NCBI RefSeq assembly: GCF_017302975.1
Contig: NZ_JAFIMT010000003.1
Direction: 5' to 3' (one strand)
Length of the DNA: 64,000 nt
Origin: Corallococcus exiguus
Lineage (GTDB): Bacteria > Myxococcota > Myxococcia > Myxococcales > Myxococcaceae
A program made the translations under genes and the position numbers. The notes beneath the pieces were generated by a model. It made no database searches. It was given only the letters and a program-made list of their open reading frames with translations, and was not told the origin of the DNA. Below are positions 1 through 8,735 of this stretch, in pieces. The number at the start of each line of letters is the position of its first letter. Position 1 is the stretch's first letter.

Positions 1-535
1 AACTGGTGCGGCGTCAGTCCGACCGCGTGGCCCACGACGGGGAAGACGAACAGCGCCACCGCGTTGAGCAGGAACACCGTGCCCAGGGCCACGGACGTCT
101 CGTGCTCCTGGGGCCGCAGCACCGGCACCACCGCCGCGATGGCGCTCCCGCCGCAGATGGCCGTGCCCACGCTGATGAGCAGCCCCGTCACGCGGGGAAC
201 ACCGAGCAGCCGGGCGAGCCCCACCCCCAGCGTCAGGCACACCGCGATGCCCACCACCGTGTAGCCCAGCCCCTCACGCCCCGCGGTAATCACCGTGCGC
301 AGGTCCATGCCCGCGCCCAGCCCCACCACCGCCAGGGACAACAGCCGGGGCGTCAGGGCCCGCGTCGTCGTGGCGAACGGATTGCCCACGGTCAGCGCCA
401 CGCACAGCCCCGCGAGCAGGGCCACGCCGGTGGAGACAGAAGGCAGCAGGCAGAGCGCCGCGCACAGCGGCACCAGGACATGTCCGGCAGTCCAGGTCCG
501 GGGTTGGACAACGGGAAGCGATGGAGGCGTTTCCA
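1..535 (-). CDS. Putative YeiH/UPF0324-family (sulfate-exporter-type) integral membrane protein, N-terminal part; gene runs off the window start
   Basis: Reverse-strand translation from the ATG at 533-535 gives a continuous ORF to position 1: METPPSLPV...VGLGAGMDL...ICGGSAIAAVVPVL...LGTVFLLNAVALFVFPVVGH. It is highly hydrophobic and multi-helical, with a motif pattern reminiscent of UPF0324. The plus-strand ORF 6..800 is Arg/His-rich antisense junk. Confidence 0.5.
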
Positions 536-593
536 TGCGCCAGGACATGTGCCGGGCGGCCTCCGGACACCAGATGTCAGAAGCGATAAGGCA

Positions 594-1385
594 TCAGTTT
601 TCTGGATGGCTCACGGGGATGAGCAGGGACAGCTCGTTGGGAGTGAGGATTTCGCAGCCGTCGCGGGTGACGAGCACGGTGTGCTCGAACTGGGCGGACA
701 GGCTGCCGTCCGCGGTCACGACGGTCCACCCGTCCGGCATCATCCGGATGTCCGCGCGCCCCAGATTCACCATGGGCTCGATGGTGATGACCATCCCTGA
801 TTTCAGCGTGATGCCCGTGCCCGCCTTGCCCACGTGAGGCACGTGCGGCTCCCCATGCATCTGCCTGCCAATGCCGTGGCCCCCGAACTCCTCCACGATG
901 CTGCACCCCTCCGCCTTCGCCAACGCCATCACCGCCGCGCCAATGTCCCCCAGCCGCGCGCCGTGCCGCACCACGGACACGCCCGCGTCGCGGCAGCGCC
1001 GAGCCACGTCCACGACGTGCTTCGCGTCCGCGGAGACCTCGCCAATCATGAACGTGGCGGACGTGTCGCCGTGGAAGCCGTCCAGGTGCGTCGTCACGTC
1101 CACGTTGACGATGTCGCCGGGCTTCAGCACTTCATCCGTGCGCGGGATGCCATGGCACACCACGTGGTTGCGGCTGGTGCACACCGTGGCCGGGAAGCCC
1201 TTGTAGCCCAGCTGACTGGGCGTCCCACCCCGCCGCGCCGTGTCCTCGCGAACCCACGCGTCGATGTCCGCCGTCGTGACGCCCGGCTGGAGCCGGGACG
1301 CCACGTGCGCCAACGTGCCCGCCGCCGCGCGGCCCGCGAGCCGCAACCGCTCCACTTCACTGCCCTTGAAGAGAGGAATTCCCAT
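594..1385 (-). CDS. map: Type I methionine aminopeptidase
   Basis: Full-length pita-bread fold homology (FHGDTSATF...HGIGRQMHGEPHV...ITIEPM) with metal-ligand Asp/His/Glu in the expected places. The likely true start is the ATG at MGIPLFKG (codon 1383-1385) rather than the upstream TTG. Confidence 0.9.
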   Translation of the reverse strand: MGIPLFKGSEVERLRLAGRAAAGTLAHVASRLQPGVTTADIDAWVREDTARRGGTPSQLGYKGFPATVCTSRNHVVCHGIPRTDEVLKPGDIVNVDVTTHLDGFHGDTSATFMIGEVSADAKHVVDVARRCRDAGVSVVRHGARLGDIGAAVMALAKAEGCSIVEEFGGHGIGRQMHGEPHVPHVGKAGTGITLKSGMVITIEPMVNLGRADIRMMPDGWTVVTADGSLSAQFEHTVLVTRDGCEILTPNELSLLIPVSHPEN

Positions 1386-1486
1386 GCCGGGCAAGGTGGC
1401 ACCCGCCCGTCCGGAGCGTCCAATGCTGTTCTGGCATGACGCGGCCTGGGTGCACGGCGCGCACGACTCGCGCTAACCTCCCGCTC

Positions 1487-1780
1487 GTGAGCATCACGCA
1501 CCTCCAGTCCTTCGTCGCGGTGGCGGAAGAGGGCCACGTGGGCCGGGCCGCGCTCCGGCTGCACATCACCCAGCCGCCGCTCAGCCGCCACATCCTCGCC
1601 CTGGAGGATGAGCTGGGCACGCCCCTCTTCGAGCGCGTCCCCAAAGGCATGCGCCTGCTGCCCACCGGCGAGGCCCTGCTCCACCACGCGCGCCGCATCC
1701 TCGCGGAGGTGGAGGTCGCCACCCTCACCGTGCGAGAGGCGGCCCAAGGCTCCGGAGTTTCCAAGCCGCCCCCCGCCTGA
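1487..1780 (+). pseudogene. LysR-family regulator remnant: HTH domain only, truncated where the helicase gene begins
   Basis: ITHLQSFVAVAEEGHVGRAALRLHITQPPLSRHILALEDELGTPLFERVPKGMRLLPTGEALLHHARRIL is a canonical LysR N-terminal wHTH plus linker. The ORF stops at 1780, which is 3 nt from the 3' end of the convergent helicase gene, and no substrate-binding domain follows in any frame. Confidence 0.55.
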
Positions 1781-1783
1781 CCG

Positions 1784-4345
1784 TCAAGACCAGGCGGCCA
1801 TGCCGCCAATCCGGCGCAGCATCAGGATGGGGCCGTCGTCCATGCGGCGGCCGCGCAGATCAATCTCACAGTCGATGACCCAGTCCCCATGGCCCTCCGG
1901 GTCCATGATGCGCTGCTGGGCCTCCCACTGGCGCGTGCCCGCCTCCTTGAGCTGCGTGTTCGCCGGCTTGCGCGCCTGGGGAGTGAGCACCACCAGCTTG
2001 TGCTCCTCGAAGTACGGCGCCATGGCCTGCTCCAGCTTCGGCGCGGTCCACTCGCCCAGCGCGTTGTCCAGCATGCCCAGCGCGTCCAGGTAGCGGCGCT
2101 GGCCCAGCGCGCGCAACAAACGGTGCAGCTCTTCGCGCACGCGCGCGGCGAAGGCCTTGGGGTCCTCCGTGAGCTCCTTGGGCTTGAGGTCCACCACCGG
2201 CTTCACTTCGACGGGGGCCTCCGGGTTGCGCATCCGCTCCCACTCATCCAGGAGGCTGGAGTCCACCTGACGCAGCGTCGCGCGAAGGTGGTCGAGGATG
2301 TCGTCCAGGTCCTCGTTGCGGAACTTCTCCGGCACCGTCTGCACCAGCGACTTGTAGACGTCACCCACGTAGCGCAGCAGCACGCCCTCGCTGCGCTGCA
2401 GGCCGTACTCGCGCACGTAGTCGTGGAAGGACATGAAGCGCTCGAACATGTCCCGGACAATGGACTTGGGCCGGATGTTCTCCTCGCCCACCCACGGGTG
2501 CTTCTTCGCGAAGGCGTTGAAGGTGCCGTAGACGAACTCGCGGTTCGGCTTGGGCCACTCCAGCTTCTCCAGCTCCTCCATGCGGTCGTCGTACTCCACG
2601 CCCCGCGCCTTCATCTCCTGGATCTTCTCCCCCTTCAGCTGGTGCAGCTGCGCGTACAGCACCACGTCCGGGTTCTCCAGGATGGACTCCACCAGCGTGA
2701 CGACGTCCAGCGCGTACGTGTCCAGCGTGGGGTCCAACAGCTCCAGCGTCTCATGCAGGTACAGCGACAGCGTGTGGTTGAGGCTGAAGTCGCGCTGCAG
2801 GTCCTCCGACACCTCCACCGTCGCCGAGTGCTTCTCCCACTGCACCACCTTCACGATGCCCGCGTCGCGCAGCGTGCGGAAGTACATCGCCGCGTCCTTC
2901 AGGAGCTTCTTCTTCGTGTAGTCGGAGCTGTGCGAGCGCATCACCAGCTGCACCAGCCGCTTGTAGCCGCCGCTGCCCTCCGTCTTGTCGCTCTGGAGCA
3001 GGTTGAGCAAGAGGCCGTGGCTCACGTCGAAGCGAGACTCCAGCGGCTCCGGCATCCCGTTCTGGAGCCGCTCGAAGGTGCTCTTGTCGTACTGCACGAA
3101 CCCCTTCTGCGGCGGCTTCGCCTTGGGCGACTTCTTCTTGCCCGCGGCCTCCTTCGCCGCCTGGCGGATGTTCTCGACCATGTACTCCGGGGCCTGCGCC
3201 ACCACGCTGCCCTCGGTGTCGAAGCCCTTGCGGCCCGCGCGGCCGGAGATCTGCTTGAAGTCGCGCACGCTCAGCGTCGCCAGCTTCTCTCCGTTGAACT
3301 TGAACAGCTGCGTGAAGAGCACCGTGCGGATGGGGATGTTCACGCCCACGCCCAGCGTGTCCGTGCCGCTGATGACCTTGAGCAGACCCTGCTGCGCCAG
3401 CTTCTCCACCAGCAGGCGGTACTTGGGCAGCAGGCCCGCGTGGTGCATGCCGATGCCGTGGCGCAGGAAGCGCTGGAAGTCCTTGCCGTAGGGCGTGTCG
3501 AAGGGGGCGTCCAGCAGCGCCTGGCGGATCTCCTCCTTCTCTTCCTTGGTGTTGAAGTCCACGGACATCAAATTCTGCGCCTGCTCGGCCGCGGCCCGCT
3601 GCGTGAAGTTCACCAGGTACACGGGGTACTTCCCGCGCGCGATGAGGTCCTGGATGGTCTCGTGCAGCGGCACCTCGCGGTAGTCGAAGTCCAGCGGCAC
3701 GGGGCGCTCGGAGCTGCGCACCGTGGCCACCTCGCGGCCGGAGAGCTTCTCCAGGCTCTGCTCGATGACGTGCGTGTCGCCCAGCGTGGCGGACATCAGC
3801 AGGAACTGCGTCTTGGGCAGCGCCAGCAGCGGAATCTGCCAGGCCACCCCGCGCTCCTTGTCGGAGTAGTAGTGGAACTCGTCCATCACCACCGCGTCCA
3901 CGCGCGCGGAGGCGTCACGCAGCGCGAGGTTCGAAAGAATCTCCGCCGTGCAGCAGAGGATGGGCGCCTCGCGGTTGATGGACGCGTCGCCCGTCAGCAT
4001 GCCCACGTTCTCCGGGCCGAAGGCCTTGGAGAGCGCGAAGAACTTCTCGTTCACCAGCGCCTTGATGGGGCACGTGTAGAACGACACCTTGCCCTCGGCC
4101 ATGGCCTTGAAGTGGAGCGCCATGGCCACCAGCGACTTGCCGGAGCCCGTGGGCGTCTTGAGGAACAGGTGCTTGTCGCTCAAGAGCTCCAGGATGGCCT
4201 CCTCCTGGGCGGAGTACAGGCTCAGGCCGTTCGTGGCCACGTAGCCCACGAAGCGGTTGAGGATCTCGTCGGCATCGAGAGGGGGCTCGCCGGGCTTCGG
4301 CAACAAGGCGGCGAGCGGGGCGCGGGTGTCGGCGGGGGCACTCAT
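1784..4345 (-). CDS. Superfamily-2 DEAD/DEAH-box helicase with C-terminal DUF3516-like domain
   Basis: Walker A TPTGSGKS, DEAD-like box VVMDEFH, SAT motif, and helicase C motifs (ISGRAGRKG). There is a long C-terminal extension typical of DUF3516 helicases. The ATG is at codon 4343-4345 (MSAPADTRA). Confidence 0.85.
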   Translation of the reverse strand: MSAPADTRAPLAALLPKPGEPPLDADEILNRFVGYVATNGLSLYSAQEEAILELLSDKHLFLKTPTGSGKSLVAMALHFKAMAEGKVSFYTCPIKALVNEKFFALSKAFGPENVGMLTGDASINREAPILCCTAEILSNLALRDASARVDAVVMDEFHYYSDKERGVAWQIPLLALPKTQFLLMSATLGDTHVIEQSLEKLSGREVATVRSSERPVPLDFDYREVPLHETIQDLIARGKYPVYLVNFTQRAAAEQAQNLMSVDFNTKEEKEEIRQALLDAPFDTPYGKDFQRFLRHGIGMHHAGLLPKYRLLVEKLAQQGLLKVISGTDTLGVGVNIPIRTVLFTQLFKFNGEKLATLSVRDFKQISGRAGRKGFDTEGSVVAQAPEYMVENIRQAAKEAAGKKKSPKAKPPQKGFVQYDKSTFERLQNGMPEPLESRFDVSHGLLLNLLQSDKTEGSGGYKRLVQLVMRSHSSDYTKKKLLKDAAMYFRTLRDAGIVKVVQWEKHSATVEVSEDLQRDFSLNHTLSLYLHETLELLDPTLDTYALDVVTLVESILENPDVVLYAQLHQLKGEKIQEMKARGVEYDDRMEELEKLEWPKPNREFVYGTFNAFAKKHPWVGEENIRPKSIVRDMFERFMSFHDYVREYGLQRSEGVLLRYVGDVYKSLVQTVPEKFRNEDLDDILDHLRATLRQVDSSLLDEWERMRNPEAPVEVKPVVDLKPKELTEDPKAFAARVREELHRLLRALGQRRYLDALGMLDNALGEWTAPKLEQAMAPYFEEHKLVVLTPQARKPANTQLKEAGTRQWEAQQRIMDPEGHGDWVIDCEIDLRGRRMDDGPILMLRRIGGMAAWS

Positions 4346-4531
4346 CGGGCCCGACTCTAGGAGGAGCCGCCCCATCCCCGTGAAAAATCGCGCGTCCCCA
4401 GTCCGACACTCGCACCCGGAGAGGCCCCCTGCCTGCCCGGCCTGTGCACCCGGGCACAGTGGCAACGGCTGGGACGCGCATGGCCATGAACGGAGGGCCT
4501 CCCCATCCTGCCTCCGCGACATTCACGGGGG

Positions 4532-5170
4532 TTGAACATGCGGACAGCGAAATTCTGGATGGGGACACTGCTGGCGGGCGCGCTGGCGCTGGGCTACGGC
4601 TGCGGAAGCGAGGCGAACAAGGAGCCCACGCCGCAGGACGTGCCACAGCAGCAGGTCCCGGACGCGGGCATCGACGCGGGCGTGCTCCTGACGCTCACCG
4701 ACGCGCAGATCGCCCGCGTCCTGCAGGTGGCCAACGACAGCCTGGTGATGCTGGCCCAGTACGCCGCGCCGCTCTCCAGCGACCCGGCCATCATCGCCTT
4801 CAACAACCAACTGGTGACGGATCAGACCGCCGCGAGACAACGGCTGGACGCGCTGCTCACGGCCCAGGGCATCACACCCGAAGACTCCGCGCTGAGCCTC
4901 CAATTGCAGACCGAGGCCCAGCAGATCATGCAGACCCTCGCCGGTCCGAACGCACCGGCCGCGGGCCCCGAGCTCGACCTGGCGTTGACCAGCGCGCAGC
5001 TCGCCCTGCACACGCAAATCGGCTTCCTCAACGACAGCCTGCTGTCGACCCAGATCGTCAACCCGGCCCTGACGCAGGAGGCGCTCACCGAGCGGCAGGC
5101 CGTGCAGCAGAACATCAACGCCGCCGTGGTCACCCAGTCGAACCTGGTGCTCCCACCCGTCACGCCGTAG
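4532..5170 (+). CDS. Lipoprotein, helical, possibly DUF4142-like
   Basis: Signal peptide plus lipobox (LALGYGC), then an Ala/Gln/Leu-rich helical body with internally repeated AQ..L segments. Confidence 0.6.
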   Translation: MNMRTAKFWMGTLLAGALALGYGCGSEANKEPTPQDVPQQQVPDAGIDAGVLLTLTDAQIARVLQVANDSLVMLAQYAAPLSSDPAIIAFNNQLVTDQTAARQRLDALLTAQGITPEDSALSLQLQTEAQQIMQTLAGPNAPAAGPELDLALTSAQLALHTQIGFLNDSLLSTQIVNPALTQEALTERQAVQQNINAAVVTQSNLVLPPVTP

Positions 5171-5203
5171 CGGGAGCGCTTTCCGTCGCTGGATAAAAAT
5201 ACA

Positions 5204-5234
5204 GCTCGGGCTCTCAGAACCTGAGAGCCCGAGC
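5204..5234. terminator. Perfect 14-bp inverted repeat hairpin (gctcgggctctcag/ctgagagcccgagc), candidate intrinsic terminator
   Basis: Seen directly 34 nt downstream of the lipoprotein stop and upstream of the kinase gene. It is a GC-rich stem with a short loop and no U-tract, as is common in high-GC genomes. Confidence 0.45.
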
Positions 5235-5318
5235 GCGTTCACACGACCCGTGGGGGAGGATTCGACCCAGGTGCTTTCCAATCGTGTCGGACCGGTCTAG
5301 TAGGAATTTGGACCGCCG

Positions 5319-6977
5319 ATGCAAAAGCCAACCGAACCGACCTCCGCGCAGAGCGAGCCGTTGACCACGGGACGGGTCCTGCGCTCCACGTATGAGATTG
5401 GCACCGTGCTCGGCAAGGGTGGCATGGGCGCGGTGTTCCTCGCGCGCCACCTGCGCCTGCCGGGCAAGCAGGTCGCCATCAAGGTGCTGCACGGCGCGGA
5501 GGAGGTGTCGGAAGAGGTGGCGCTGCGCTTCCGGCGCGAGGCGGAGATCGCCTCCCGGCTGGGGCACCCGAACATCGTGGAGGTGCTGGACTTCGACACC
5601 CTGGAGGACGGCACGCCCTTCATGGTGATGGAGTACCTGCGCGGGGAAGGCCTGTCGCGCCGGCTGCGCAAGCAGAAGCAGCTGCCGCTGGAGGAGGTCT
5701 TCTCCATCACGCGGCAGATGGGCGCGGCGTTGCAGGCGGCGCACCGCGCGGGCGTGGTGCACCGCGACCTGAAGCCGGGCAACGTGTTCCTCGTGCCCAC
5801 GGAAGCGGGCGGCGTCGTGGGCGAGCGCGTGAAGCTGCTCGACTTCGGCATCTCCAAGCTCGTGGACTCGCGCACGCTGATGACGCTGGACTCCGTGCTG
5901 ATGGGGACGCCGCAGTACATGGCCCCCGAGCAGGCCATGGGCCACAACAGCAACGTGGACGCGCGCACGGACCTCTTCGCGTTCGGCTGCATCGTCTACG
6001 AGATGATCGCCGGCCGGCCGCCCTACTCCGGCGACAACGTCGCGGAGCTCATCTACCAGATCGTCCACCTGGAGCCCCCACCGCTCCTGTCGCTCGCGCC
6101 CGAGACGCCGCCGCACGTGGTGACGGCCATCTCCCGCGCGATGGCGAAGAAGCCGGACGACCGCTACCCGGACGTGGGCTCGTTCATCCTGGACCTGACG
6201 GGCAGCCCGCTCCAGACGCTCGCGGAAGTGAAGCCGGAGCAGCGCTCGCGTCCCGCCAATCCCACGGCCCCGCCGTCGGTGCCGCGTCCGCCGGACCGCG
6301 AGGAGCACATCCCCACGGTGGGAATGCGCCCCCACGCCGGCCACGATACGTCGTCCCCTGCTCCTTCCGCCGATCCTCGGACGGCGTCCCTGGCCGCCCA
6401 GCCGCTGGCTCCCGCCCGAGCGAAGTGGCCGGTGGCCGTGGCCGTGGGGATGGCGGTCATCATCGCGTTCGCCGTCGCCTTCTTCTGGAAGCGACCGGGC
6501 GTGACGGCGCCCGCCGTCGTGGTGGTGAATCCCCCGTCTCCCCCGGTCCAGCCGCAGCCCCAGCCCACGGAGCCCGTCACCCCGACCGCCGTGGTCGTGG
6601 CGCCGCCGGAGGACGTGAACAAGCCCGTGGATCCGGAGCCCCAGCCGACGCAGCCGACGGAACCGGAGAACTCCACGCAGCCCACGGTGAACGCGAAGCC
6701 GAAGTCTCGCGTCGCCCCTGAGTCCATGCCGGACAGCGTCCGCGAGGACCTGGCGGCGGCCCAGAAGGCACTGGACGCGTCGAACACGACGGAAGCGCTG
6801 CGTCACATCCGGCGCAGCCAGCGCACGAAGATCACCGGCCTGTCGTTCTCGCTGCTCACCCGCGTGTACTGCCAGCAACACGACCTGGCGAACTCGCGGG
6901 CACAATGGACCCGCGTACCGGCAACGGAACGTCCAAGGGTCCGACAATACTGTTCGCGGTACGATATCGACCTTTAG
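5319..6977 (+). CDS. Hanks-type Ser/Thr protein kinase with TM segment and Pro/Thr-rich extracytoplasmic tail
   Basis: GKGGMGAVF (G-loop), VAIKVL, HRDLKPGNVFL, DFG, YMAPE and DLFAFG are all present. There is a hydrophobic TM (VAVAVGMAVIIAFAVAFF) and a PxP-rich C-terminus. Confidence 0.9.
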   Translation: MQKPTEPTSAQSEPLTTGRVLRSTYEIGTVLGKGGMGAVFLARHLRLPGKQVAIKVLHGAEEVSEEVALRFRREAEIASRLGHPNIVEVLDFDTLEDGTPFMVMEYLRGEGLSRRLRKQKQLPLEEVFSITRQMGAALQAAHRAGVVHRDLKPGNVFLVPTEAGGVVGERVKLLDFGISKLVDSRTLMTLDSVLMGTPQYMAPEQAMGHNSNVDARTDLFAFGCIVYEMIAGRPPYSGDNVAELIYQIVHLEPPPLLSLAPETPPHVVTAISRAMAKKPDDRYPDVGSFILDLTGSPLQTLAEVKPEQRSRPANPTAPPSVPRPPDREEHIPTVGMRPHAGHDTSSPAPSADPRTASLAAQPLAPARAKWPVAVAVGMAVIIAFAVAFFWKRPGVTAPAVVVVNPPSPPVQPQPQPTEPVTPTAVVVAPPEDVNKPVDPEPQPTQPTEPENSTQPTVNAKPKSRVAPESMPDSVREDLAAAQKALDASNTTEALRHIRRSQRTKITGLSFSLLTRVYCQQHDLANSRAQWTRVPATERPRVRQYCSRYDIDL

Positions 6978-7037
6978 GGTCGTCCGGGCGCGCGGAAGCT
7001 CCAGAGCGGGGGCGCGCCCGCAATCCAAGGAGTTGTC

Positions 7038-7871
7038 GTGAGAGTGCTACTGGCAGTGGGGGTCGTGGCGCTGTCCCTGGGGTGTTCCCGGGGCGTGCGG
7101 CCCGACAGCGAGGTGGCGGGTACGAAGCCCACCACCGGCAAGGTGTATTCCAACGAGGCCGGCGAGAAGATCACCCTCATCGCGCTGGAGCCCGGTGACG
7201 CGAAGAAGGCGCTGGTCGCTTTCGAAGGCACCAAGAGCGAGCTGGACGGCCAGGTGCTGGTCGCGTGGGTGGACACGCAGCAGCGGCGCTCCGTGGAGTA
7301 CTGGACGCTGTGGCGCGGCAGCAAGCAGCGCTTCGTCACCCTGCATGATCGGGGCGGCTACGAGGACCTGGTCTTCAGCGGCGTGAACCACTCGGGATAC
7401 ACGCACCTGAAGCCGGACACGGCCAAGACGGGCGCGCTGAAGGTGGAGAAGGTCTTCGAGCGCTACCAGGACCTGGAGGGCGACAAGAAGTACCAGGGCC
7501 TGCTCGCGTTCGACCGCAAGTTCTGGACGAACCAGGCGGAGACGCAGCTGTCCGAGGCCCTGGCGGCGACGAACAAGGCATGCGGCTCGAAGCTGACGTC
7601 CACCGTGGCCTGGGACGCCATCACCAACGAGCAGATCAACAAGATGTCCTTTGGTAGCTACTGCGTGGGCCCGATGGAGTCGCTCCAGAAGCTGTGCGAG
7701 CGCTCCGACGAGGCCAAGCGCGCCGTCCAGCAGAAGATCCAGGCGGTGGAGTGCCGCATGGACGCCAAGGCCGCGCTGAAGCTGGAAGCCCAGAAGGTCA
7801 TCTGGTCCGTGACCTCGGATCGGACGGTCCAGTCCGACGAGACCACCACCTTCTTCACCGACAACCTCTAG
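7038..7871 (+). CDS. Hypothetical lipoprotein
   Basis: Signal peptide plus lipobox (LSLGCS), a GGAGG-like RBS (aaggag) upstream, and myxobacterial codon usage. Confidence 0.65.
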   Translation: MRVLLAVGVVALSLGCSRGVRPDSEVAGTKPTTGKVYSNEAGEKITLIALEPGDAKKALVAFEGTKSELDGQVLVAWVDTQQRRSVEYWTLWRGSKQRFVTLHDRGGYEDLVFSGVNHSGYTHLKPDTAKTGALKVEKVFERYQDLEGDKKYQGLLAFDRKFWTNQAETQLSEALAATNKACGSKLTSTVAWDAITNEQINKMSFGSYCVGPMESLQKLCERSDEAKRAVQQKIQAVECRMDAKAALKLEAQKVIWSVTSDRTVQSDETTTFFTDNL

Positions 7872-7889
7872 AACGAAAGCCCACCGACA

Positions 7890-8705
7890 ATGACGCTTCG
7901 ACGCATGGTCATCGCCCTGGGGCTCGTCCTGGCCCCGCAAGCCGCGCTCGCGCTGGATCCGCCCTGGAAGCAGGAGCAGAAGCTGCGCGACCGCATGGTG
8001 CTGGAGTCCGCCAAGGTCTGCGCGGACGGCAAGGGTCACTACACGGTCCTCATCCCCCAGACGCCCGAGCACGAGGGCGACCTGTTCTACGGGGACGGCA
8101 AGACGTTCACGCAGGTGGTGCCCGTGGGCTACCCGTCCTCCACGGACGGCGCCTTCTTCGAGCCCCGCTTCTTCAACCCCAAGGCCAACGACAACTTCCG
8201 CGGCACGGACTACCGCGTCGTCTCCGACGTGAAGCTGAGCGAGGACTTCAAGACGTGCGCGCTGCGCTGCGGGGAGAAGAACCTGCCGCAGCAGCCGGTG
8301 CCGGCGGAAGAGGCCAAGGAACTCTTGCGCAAGGCCACGTACCAGCCCAGCCCGGTGAAGTTCCAGCCGTACGCGCTGCTGCGCGACGACAAGGGTGTGT
8401 ACTACCTGGTCGAGCGCGGCATCGGCGCGGACAACAAGAGCTTCCGCATCTTCACGGGCCAGCGCGGCCAGGTGAAGCAGCAGAAGATGCTCAACGTCGT
8501 CACCGACTCGCAGGGAGAAATCTTCTCCACGCAGGGCGGCGACCTGCGCCTCGTGGTGGACCGCGAGGAGCCGTCGTTCTGGGTGGTGAAGAGCAAGCGC
8601 CAGAAGCTGCGCGCGGTGCCGGTGGGTGAGAACCTGCCCTTCATCTACAACGAGCTGGGCGTCTACACGGGCGCGCGGCTGGGCACGCCCTGCGACGACG
8701 TGTAG
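7890..8705 (+). CDS. Hypothetical secreted protein
   Basis: N-terminal signal peptide (LVLAPQAALALDPP). The ORF follows the previous gene after an 18-nt gap. Confidence 0.6.
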   Translation: MTLRRMVIALGLVLAPQAALALDPPWKQEQKLRDRMVLESAKVCADGKGHYTVLIPQTPEHEGDLFYGDGKTFTQVVPVGYPSSTDGAFFEPRFFNPKANDNFRGTDYRVVSDVKLSEDFKTCALRCGEKNLPQQPVPAEEAKELLRKATYQPSPVKFQPYALLRDDKGVYYLVERGIGADNKSFRIFTGQRGQVKQQKMLNVVTDSQGEIFSTQGGDLRLVVDREEPSFWVVKSKRQKLRAVPVGENLPFIYNELGVYTGARLGTPCDDV

Positions 8706-8735
8706 TTCCGTAGCACCGGGGAGCCCCGGGCACGG

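Noticed and set aside
6-800. 264-aa plus-strand ORF rich in Arg/His/Gln
   Set aside because: It is antisense to the YeiH-like and map genes. Its composition is typical of out-of-frame high-GC translation and it carries no motif.
5214-7028. 604-aa minus-strand ORF
   Set aside because: It is antisense to the Ser/Thr kinase, which has all Hanks motifs.
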